From an uncultured Pseudomonadota bacterium (lineage in GTDB: Bacteria; Pseudomonadota; Alphaproteobacteria; Rs-D84), in assembly GCA_902799285.1 (NCBI GenBank), contig CADCAA010000001.1:7533-71532 (forward strand): DNA of 64,000 nt, given 5' to 3'. Positions within the stretch are counted from its first letter, which is position 1; each line of letters opens with the position of its first letter. Made by a program: the position numbers and the translations under genes. The notes under the pieces were generated by a model. The model was given only the letters and a program-made list of their open reading frames with translations, was not told where the DNA came from and ran no database searches. Shown here one piece after another: positions 54,550-61,656 of the stretch.

Positions 54550-54960
54550 ATGAAAAAAATCTTGGCTTTGGTCGCATTGGTTGCTTTGGCTGCTTGTGGT
54601 GGTTCGTATGATTATTACAAGGGTGGCGTTCGCTATGTTCAGGATGGTGCGGATTGCATTTATTCCAGTGGCGAAAGTGCGCACAAATATTCTGAAAATG
54701 TGAAATCTGCGGATTTGGGTAAGACTATTGTTTATCGCAATACACAATGTGCTGATTTGTATGCGCGCGATATGGCGGGCCAAGAACCGCGTCGTGAACG
54801 TCGTGTTTTGACACCTGCGGCACCAAGTTTTGATATGGAACCGGTTGCGGAACCACGTCCAATCGTCGTGAATCCTGCACCAGTTGCCAAGAAACCTTGT
54901 GGTTGCAGCAAATGTGTCAAAAAACAAACAAAAAAATACGTTGTTGTTTCGAATATGTAA
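54550..54960 (+). CDS. Small lipoprotein, hypothetical
   Basis: Lipobox VALAAC, 136 aa, a Pro-rich middle and a C-terminal CGCSKC. Confidence 0.55.
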   Translation: MKKILALVALVALAACGGSYDYYKGGVRYVQDGADCIYSSGESAHKYSENVKSADLGKTIVYRNTQCADLYARDMAGQEPRRERRVLTPAAPSFDMEPVAEPRPIVVNPAPVAKKPCGCSKCVKKQTKKYVVVSNM

Positions 54961-55086
54961 GGTGTAATACCGGATTTAAAAAAAGCGTCGCATATCGCGG
55001 CGCTTTTTATTTGCCTAAGGTGAAATTTTGTTTGAAAATATTGTGTGTTTGTGATAAAATTACTGTATAAATTAAGGAGTTTTCAA

Positions 55087-55443
55087 ATGAAAAATTATGC
55101 GAAAGTTTTGGTTTTTGCCGCAATTGTGGCTTTGATTGTTGTTCCTGCACATGCGGCTGGAAATGACGGTTTGTGCAAGTTGATTATTGAAATGGAACGC
55201 GTTTTCAAGATATTGCGTGTTTTGGCATTCTTGGGCGCTGGGTTTTATATGGCCGATTGGGCGTGGGGATATATTTCGTCTGGTAAAGTTGAAATGAAAG
55301 ATATTAAAGGCAAAGGTGTTGGTTTGCTGACCGGTTTTGCATTGTTATTTATTATCGGTATTGTGTTGTCTGCATTGCTTAGTGCAGCGGGCAAAGGCGG
55401 TTCATTACAGTGCGAAACGCAAATTATCAATTTTGGTAAGTAA
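55087..55443 (+). CDS. Possible TrbC/VirB2-family type IV secretion pilin
   Basis: ATG 55087 after the RBS AAGGAG. Signal peptide ending PAHA|AG. The mature part has two hydrophobic helices (ILRVLAFLGAGFYMADWAWGYI and VGLLTGFALLFIIGIVLSALLSAAG) split by a short charged loop. This is a topology-level resemblance only. Confidence 0.4.
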   Translation: MKNYAKVLVFAAIVALIVVPAHAAGNDGLCKLIIEMERVFKILRVLAFLGAGFYMADWAWGYISSGKVEMKDIKGKGVGLLTGFALLFIIGIVLSALLSAAGKGGSLQCETQIINFGK

Positions 55444-55459
55444 TGGTTGGATTATGAAA

Positions 55460-55487
55460 ACAGGTGGCGAAAGCCACCTGTTTTTTT
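55460..55487 (+). terminator. Rho-independent terminator
   Basis: ACAGGTGGC-GAAA-GCCACCTGT followed by a T7 run. Confidence 0.8.
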
Positions 55488-55510
55488 AATCCCAATTTTT
55501 TTGTTTATGT

Positions 55511-55735
55511 TTATTTTTTATCTTCGATGTTGGCCAATGAATAAAGCACAGATGAAATTAATGATTGATATGGAACGTGTTGTTGGTTGGCCAGTTCCTT
55601 AATCCTGTCTAATATTTCGTGTGGAATACGCATATTTATAACGCAATCAGATTTGTTAAATGTGCGATATGCGGCATATTCTTTTAATAACGCTTCGATG
55701 TTCATAACGAACAATTGCTGCATAACATTTGGCAT
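55511..55735 (-). CDS. Ribbon-helix-helix (CopG/BrnA-like antitoxin-type) protein, orphan
   Basis: The C-terminal INMRIPHEILDRIKELANQQHVPYQSLISSVLYSLA fits the BrnA/CopG pattern (beta strand plus two helices, YQ.LI). No toxin ORF is adjacent. Confidence 0.5.
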   Translation of the reverse strand: MPNVMQQLFVMNIEALLKEYAAYRTFNKSDCVINMRIPHEILDRIKELANQQHVPYQSLISSVLYSLANIEDKK

Positions 55736-55792
55736 TTTTTACCCTCTATACTTTGGACAATACCGGCGTCTTTACATCCAGCTATACGATTG

Positions 55793-55833
55793 ACTATAAC
55801 ATTGTATTTACACTTGTCAATACATTTGTAAAT
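55793..55833 (-). promoter_or_regulatory. Promoter with overlapping palindromic operator for the RHH gene
   Basis: On the minus strand, TTGACA (55815-55820), 16-nt spacer, TATAGT (55793-55798). The inverted repeat ATTTACA (55806-55812) / TGTAAAT (55827-55833) brackets the -35. Confidence 0.4.
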
Positions 55834-55975
55834 GCGGCTGTAATCACGGGTGTCAGCACGTTTGTGTGTATGGTTGTATGGGTGTTTGTGTTGGTTAAAT
55901 AAATTTGATTTTTGTGTTTTTTGTGTCTAATATTTTTGTGCGTGGATTGCACGATTTTTAAGGAAAGGATTTTTT

Positions 55976-57292
55976 ATGCTGAAAAAAATTTTTGTCGGTT
56001 TGTTGGCTTTGTTTTTTATGCTGCCGGCGCATGCCGAGTTAAAGGTTGATATCGTTGCGGGAAATGTGTCGCCTGTATCAATCGCGGTGCAAAAGGTAGA
56101 GGCGGGTAAAGGTGTTGCGAAATCGGATGCCGATATGGTGCGGGCCGTGGTTGAAAATGACCTGAAATCGACCGGACTCTTTCGGATGATTAACCAGGAT
56201 GCCTATCCGCAATTTGTAAAATTTAATGATATGCCGGACTTTAAGTTATGGGCGGCGATAAAGGCCCAGGTGTTGGTGCAATCAAAAATGACCAAACAAA
56301 AGAACGGGATGTATAAATTAGAGTTCTATGTTTGGGATTTAAATGGTAAAGAGCAGATTGAGGCACAAAGTCTGGCCGCATCAAAAAAATCTGTGCGGCG
56401 TATGGCGCATTTGATGGCTGATGCGATTTACGAACGATTAACGGGTGAGGTTGGTTATTTCGATACCCAGATTGTCTTTATTGCCGAAACGGGTGATGTG
56501 ACGAATCGGACCAAACGTATGGCGATTATGGACCAGGATGGTTTTGGTATGCGATATTTGTCTGATAAAAATACTTTTGTTATGTCGCCGCGGTTTTCGC
56601 CAAATATGCGTACGATTGTATTTTTGTCTTATCGTGATGATAGGCCGATGATTTGGACTTTGGATTTAGATACCGGTGCCCAACGTCGTTTGGGTGAATT
56701 TGGTGGTATGAATTTTGCGCCACGCTTTTCGCCGGACGGAACAAAAATAGCAATGTCTTTGGTTCGTGGGGGCGATACACATATATTTGAATATAATATT
56801 GAAACGCGGGAATTGCGTCAGTTGACGTTTGGGCATTCGTTGAATACGTCTCCGTCTTATTCGCCGGACGGGACCCAGTTGGCGTTTAATTCTGATAAAT
56901 CGGGCAGCCAGCAAATTCACGTTATGGATTTAAGTACCGGGGCCGAGGAACGGATTACTTTTGGGGCGGGGCGGTATGCAACGCCGGCATGGTCCCCGGA
57001 TGGGCAATTTATTGCTTTTACAAAAATTGCCGATGATACATTTTATATCGGAATTATGGGGCCGGATGGGAAACGCGAAAAGATTTTGGCCGGTGGCTGG
57101 TATATGGAGGCCCCATCATGGGCGCCGGGATCGCGTCGGTTGGTTTATTACGAAACAGAAAAATCTGAAGATAATCAGGACAGAATCAGCCATTTGCGCA
57201 GTGTCGATATTACCGGGCAAAACCTGTATGATATTGAATTGCCTGATGGTGTAAACGGGGTTGAACCGACTTGGTCACCAAAGTTGCAATAG
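55976..57292 (+). CDS. tolB: Tol-Pal system periplasmic beta-propeller protein TolB
   Basis: Signal peptide, TolB N-domain and repeated SP.(F/W)SPDG propeller motifs. Confidence 0.9.
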   Translation: MLKKIFVGLLALFFMLPAHAELKVDIVAGNVSPVSIAVQKVEAGKGVAKSDADMVRAVVENDLKSTGLFRMINQDAYPQFVKFNDMPDFKLWAAIKAQVLVQSKMTKQKNGMYKLEFYVWDLNGKEQIEAQSLAASKKSVRRMAHLMADAIYERLTGEVGYFDTQIVFIAETGDVTNRTKRMAIMDQDGFGMRYLSDKNTFVMSPRFSPNMRTIVFLSYRDDRPMIWTLDLDTGAQRRLGEFGGMNFAPRFSPDGTKIAMSLVRGGDTHIFEYNIETRELRQLTFGHSLNTSPSYSPDGTQLAFNSDKSGSQQIHVMDLSTGAEERITFGAGRYATPAWSPDGQFIAFTKIADDTFYIGIMGPDGKREKILAGGWYMEAPSWAPGSRRLVYYETEKSEDNQDRISHLRSVDITGQNLYDIELPDGVNGVEPTWSPKLQ

Positions 57293-57295
57293 GTT

Positions 57296-57727
57296 ATGAA
57301 TTTGTGGCGGAATATTTTTGCAGGATTGTTTGTCGCGATGTTTGTCGGGGCGGCAAATGCGGTGCCGGCGGTGGTGCGGTATATCGTTGATGGCGATACT
57401 TTTTCGGCCGGTGTAAAATTACAGGATGATACGGTTGTGTCTGTGCGGGTCAGAATCCGCAATGTTGATACGCCGGAAATTCATGGCGAATGTGTTGATG
57501 AAATTGTTGCGGCAAATGTTGCGCGTGACCGTTTGGCTGAACTATTGCCGATTGATTCAGTTGTTGAATTGGAAAATGTCAAGGATGATAAATATCTGGG
57601 CCGGATTGATGCCAATGTCAAAGATACGCGCGGTCGTGATGTTGGGCGGATTTTGATTCGCGAAAAGTTGGGACGGGCGTATAGTGGGGGCAAACGAACC
57701 AGTTGGTGTAAACAGGACAAAATATAA
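57296..57727 (+). CDS. Secreted thermonuclease (SNase/staphylococcal nuclease-like)
   Basis: Signal peptide. VDGDTFS...VRIRNVDTPE...DKYLGRIDANV...GRILIREKLGRAY matches SNase catalytic-core patterns. Confidence 0.8.
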   Translation: MNLWRNIFAGLFVAMFVGAANAVPAVVRYIVDGDTFSAGVKLQDDTVVSVRVRIRNVDTPEIHGECVDEIVAANVARDRLAELLPIDSVVELENVKDDKYLGRIDANVKDTRGRDVGRILIREKLGRAYSGGKRTSWCKQDKI

Positions 57728-57925
57728 CGGGCATCTGCTTGTTAATGGCTTGCTCATGTAGCTATATGTACACTACGCTCGCCATTAACGGCGCATCTGC
57801 CGCGTTATATTTTGTCCTAAAAATGATGGCCATCTGCTTGTTAATGGCTCGCTCATGTAGCTATATGTACACTACGCTCGCCATTAACGGCGCATCTGCC
57901 GCGTTATATTTTGTCCTAAATTTTG
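57727..57925 (+). repeat. Two tandem 99-bp copies of the hairpin repeat element
   Basis: Arms GTTAATGGC (57741-57749, 57840-57848) and GCCATTAAC (57781-57789, 57880-57888) flank the 31-nt loop T[TC]GCTCATGTAGCTATATGTACACTACGCTC. The flanks carry GCATCTGC direct motifs. Confidence 0.85.
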
Positions 57926-57948
57926 CACTTTGAACTTTGCACTCTGAA

Positions 57949-58677
57949 TCAGGCGCTGTGGCGGTTGATTGCAATGTGTATTTCGTCCAGGGTTGCGGTT
58001 GATGGCAACAGGTTTTCAAAGTAAACATTTGCGGTGCCACTGTGCATTGTTCCGCGTTTTGGCCAATAAAGACCCGCATCTGTGCCGACAGGCAAAATTG
58101 GTAATTTTAATTCATGGGCCAAAAACATCAATCCCCGACGTAATTGTGGACGGGTGCCGGGTTTAACTCGTGTTCCTTCGGGGAATATTATCAGGTTATA
58201 TCCGTTCATAATTTTGTTTGCAACGTTATCGGTTAACTTTCGCATATTTGTGCGGCCGCGTTTACGATTGACTGGCTGAAAGCCGACCCGTGCAAAAGAC
58301 CAGCCGTAAAATGGAATCCACATTAATTCCCTTTTCAGGATGAAAAACGCGTTTGGAATATGCAAAAATAAAATCGCAATTTCCAATATAGACATATGTT
58401 TTGCAGCGACAATAGCCTTGCCATCCAATCGTGTGTTTGTGTTTGGTTTGGTTGGAATGCCGTTTTCTTCGGTTATGGGGTAATGCACCATATATTTTAT
58501 GTTTGTGATTTGGCGTGCCAGATACAAAACACCCCGCGTTTCAAGTTGCAATAAAACGCGCGTTAAACGTTTAGATATCAAGCCAATAAATAATATCGGG
58601 GTCCATAAAACAAAATAAATTCCTAAAACGATTTTGAAAATAATAGTTTTGAACATTTTAACCTTCTTTGATACCAA
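57949..58677 (-). CDS. plsC: 1-acyl-sn-glycerol-3-phosphate acyltransferase
   Basis: N-terminal TM, an acyltransferase block (KHMSILEI variant of HxxxxD) and FPEGTR. Confidence 0.8.
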   Translation of the reverse strand: MVSKKVKMFKTIIFKIVLGIYFVLWTPILFIGLISKRLTRVLLQLETRGVLYLARQITNIKYMVHYPITEENGIPTKPNTNTRLDGKAIVAAKHMSILEIAILFLHIPNAFFILKRELMWIPFYGWSFARVGFQPVNRKRGRTNMRKLTDNVANKIMNGYNLIIFPEGTRVKPGTRPQLRRGLMFLAHELKLPILPVGTDAGLYWPKRGTMHSGTANVYFENLLPSTATLDEIHIAINRHSA

Positions 58678-59167
58678 ACAATGTGACGATGTATTTTACA
58701 TATTCCACGGTCCATCGTTGCAATCGGGCCGCGGGTGGCATACCAATCAATGGTGCCGAGCACGAAATTAATTCCGTGTTTGGAATTTCGTGATGAATCA
58801 GGTGGGTTGCGCGTTTCATGTGTTCTTCGGTAGTAATAATAACGATTCGTGATAAATGTTTTTGTTCAACGATTTTCCGAATCGCCAATGCGTTCTGATA
58901 TGTTGATTTTGATTTGGTTTCCATAGCAACCCGTTTACCGTGTGTGTCAAAAGTATGACCGCCAACACCAATTATATGAATGCGGGCCGATGGATATTGT
59001 TTTGTTTGCTGCATAGCAAATGGAACGCGGCGCGCGTCGCCCGTTAAAACAAAAATATTATCGTTGGGCAATATTGGACCGCAATTTAATGGGGATGTCA
59101 GTTTGAATATCATTCCGCCCAGTACAAAAAATCCCAATATTAAAAATGATGGTGTGAATATTTTCAT
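58658..59167 (-). CDS. YdcF/ElyC (DUF218) family protein
   Basis: N-terminal TM plus a DUF218-like core (IFVLTGD...SKSTYQNA...IVIITTEEHMKRA). It overlaps the plsC start. Confidence 0.6.
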   Translation of the reverse strand: MKIFTPSFLILGFFVLGGMIFKLTSPLNCGPILPNDNIFVLTGDARRVPFAMQQTKQYPSARIHIIGVGGHTFDTHGKRVAMETKSKSTYQNALAIRKIVEQKHLSRIVIITTEEHMKRATHLIHHEIPNTELISCSAPLIGMPPAARLQRWTVEYVKYIVTLFGIKEG

Positions 59168-59972
59168 CTAGCTATTTTTCAAAATATTTTTTGTTGTTTT
59201 TTTCGTAATATATGTTGCAAAAATTGTAATCGCCACCGGCAACAGCAATAATAATATCCAATCAAATGTATTTAATCCAATCATTGCCATGAGTCCCGTC
59301 TGGGTAGTGTGGGCCGCCCATAAAATTAAAAACAAAAATGGCAAAGCAATTAAAAATCCACAGATTGTTGCACGGGTGCAAATGCGTGCGACGATAATCT
59401 GCATTTGTTTGGCAACGAAAGAATCACTGGCCCCGATTTGATTTAATATTTCCAATTCGCGTTTATGTAATACGGCCGTGTTATGCGCAATATACGATAC
59501 GCATACAATTATCGATCCCAATGCCACCAACAAAACCAGTCCGGCAATTGCGATTAAATACCATCCTGCGCGTATAGGATTTTTTAATGCGTTATTATGT
59601 AAGCAGTATGCTGGGCATCTTTTGGGGGTGCCTGGGGTCTACGGATTGCAGGTATTTTTGCAGTGCGGAACCCGTTGACACCCATGGCGACATCAAATTC
59701 ATCATTTGTTCATTTGATATTTCGGTTGATGATTTGATGATGTTTTTGTTTTTCGATAATATCTCGCGAATTTTTGGGGCGTCGTTTGCGTCGGTTGTTT
59801 GGATTGTTGCGTATAAGTCCCATTGGCTGTTCATGCGGATAACGCCGGTGCCAATCATCAGTGCAATACCCAATGTCAAAACAGACAAAAAGGCCAATAC
59901 GGACATAATTGCCGTCATAAACGTGCTTTGTTCGCGGATAATAGAAAAAACAACAGGTTTTTGCTTCATCAT
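59168..59972 (-). pseudogene. ftsX: Cell-division permease-like FtsX, interrupted by a frame change (two ORFs 59595-59972 and 59168-59533)
   Basis: The N-terminal ORF (TM1 plus periplasmic domain) ends at TAA 59595-59597. The C-terminal ORF (TM2-TM4, LEILNQIGASDSFV) lies in another frame that stays open upstream across the stop. The ftsX ATG overlaps the ftsE stop. Confidence 0.7.
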
Positions 59973-60760
59973 ATATTTCCAATATCGTCAAATTGCTTTG
60001 ACAGTTCGTTAAAATAATTTTTTGGGGCGGGGCCCTTCCACAATTTTTTTGTGTTTGTATCCGTGGTTGTGCCATTTTGTTTTGTCACGAAATTCACATG
60101 ATGGTTTTCAATGTGGATAATCGGGAATTTATACGTTTCAATTAAACGGCGACTGTGTGTGGCCAAAATAATTGTTGTGCCGAACATTTTATTCATTTGG
60201 ATGAATAAATCCATTAAACGCGATGCGTTATCATCATCCAAATTGCCGGTTGGTTCGTCGGCCAGCAAAATGGATGGCTGAATAATAATAGCACGTGCGA
60301 CCGATATGCGCTGTTGTTGGCCGCCACTGAGTGCCAATGGTTTTTCGTCGGCATATTTGCCCAGCCCCACCCAGTCTAAAACCTTGGGTACCAAAAGTTT
60401 GATTTTTGATTCAGGCATATTGCGAACGCGCAGTGGTAATGCCACGTTGTCAAATACAGATAAATGTGATAATAACGAATATTCCTGAAATACAATGGCC
60501 ATTTTTTTGCGCAAATTCGTGATTTCATCACGTGACATATTATTTGTGATTTTGCCGAATAATTTTATTTGGCCGGATTTTGGTTTGTGCAACTGATAAA
60601 TTAATCGCAACAGTGTTGTTTTTCCCGCGCCAGATGCGCCGGTTAAAAAATAAATTGCACCACCGGTGATATTGAATGATACATCGGTTAAAACATCGGC
60701 GCCATTGTCATATGATGCCGCCACATTTGTCAAAGATATAGATGATGTTTTTTCTTCCAT
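59969..60760 (-). CDS. ftsE: Cell-division ATP-binding protein FtsE (with about 40-aa C-terminal extension)
   Basis: Start set at ATG 60760 (MEEKTSS...). Walker A GASGAGKTTLL and signature LSGGQQQR. Confidence 0.9.
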   Translation of the reverse strand: MEEKTSSISLTNVAASYDNGADVLTDVSFNITGGAIYFLTGASGAGKTTLLRLIYQLHKPKSGQIKLFGKITNNMSRDEITNLRKKMAIVFQEYSLLSHLSVFDNVALPLRVRNMPESKIKLLVPKVLDWVGLGKYADEKPLALSGGQQQRISVARAIIIQPSILLADEPTGNLDDDNASRLMDLFIQMNKMFGTTIILATHSRRLIETYKFPIIHIENHHVNFVTKQNGTTTDTNTKKLWKGPAPKNYFNELSKQFDDIGNI

Positions 60761-60887
60761 TTCAAGGGTTATCTTAGAAAAAAATAACAGATTGGTCAAA
60801 TGATAAAAATAATTCATTTTTTATGGTTTTATGATTTGGAAAAAGGACCAAATTATGATAAAATATATACCATAAAGTGATGTAAAA

Positions 60888-61634
60888 ATGTCGTTCAGAA
60901 AAATTGCTTTTATGGCTTTTTTTGCTGGGTTTGCGCCGATTGTGGCGGACGCCATGATTGCATATACACCATCGCGCCCGTGTGGTTGTTATCAATGTTC
61001 CCAGCCGCAGGTGGTTGAACCGAAAACGGTTGGTGGTGCATATATTGCATTGAACCTGGGGATGAATTTGTTGTCATGGGAAAACGAGTATAAATCGGAT
61101 TATTACGGATCCAGGCTGGAATTTAGCAAGGATAGTTATTCTTTTGAATCTTTGTTGGGTGGTTCGGTTGCGATTGGAACACGGTTTGGGTCGGAATTTC
61201 GTGGTGATATTGAATTTGGTATGTCTGCAAAGTTTTCTGATGAAGATGATATTGCCACGTATACTATGTCTGTGCCGTATTTGATGGTCAATGCGTATTA
61301 TGATTTTGAATCTGGGTTTTATTTGGGTGGTGGTATTGGTATCGCAAAGTCAAAAAGTACGTTGGAAATGCGATTACCGTATGGAATTTCTAATATAGAA
61401 GGTAGTTCTGTGTCACCCAAGGTTGGTATCGCGTTGGGATATGCGGCCCAGGTTTCTGATAATACGTGGATTGATTTTCGGTATCGGTTGTCCGGAATGA
61501 AAGGTGTTGATATATCTGGGGTGTTTTTATGGGATGAATATGATGATGGGGATAACAAAGAGTATACTTTACAGGTAGAGGGTGATTTGATGGTGGAAAA
61601 CGCTCTTTCTGTGGGGATACGATATCATTTTTGA
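60888..61634 (+). CDS. Outer-membrane beta-barrel protein (OMP_b-brl/porin-family)
   Basis: Signal peptide MSFRKIAFMAFFAGFAPIVADA, an alternating beta pattern and a C-terminal VGIRYHF. Confidence 0.65.
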   Translation: MSFRKIAFMAFFAGFAPIVADAMIAYTPSRPCGCYQCSQPQVVEPKTVGGAYIALNLGMNLLSWENEYKSDYYGSRLEFSKDSYSFESLLGGSVAIGTRFGSEFRGDIEFGMSAKFSDEDDIATYTMSVPYLMVNAYYDFESGFYLGGGIGIAKSKSTLEMRLPYGISNIEGSSVSPKVGIALGYAAQVSDNTWIDFRYRLSGMKGVDISGVFLWDEYDDGDNKEYTLQVEGDLMVENALSVGIRYHF

Positions 61635-61656
61635 TATTAAATAGGGTCAAAGAGAG

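Noticed and set aside
55736-55975. Degraded BrnT-like toxin upstream of the RHH gene
   Set aside because: Minus-strand translation gives only short peptides interrupted by stops, with no resemblance to BrnT/RelE motifs that I could recognise.
57739-57933. 64-aa ORF encoding an internally repeated peptide (…CSCSYMYTTLAINGASAALYFVL… twice)
   Set aside because: It is simply the translation of the two tandem 99-bp hairpin repeat units. It has no RBS and lies in the spacer between convergent genes.
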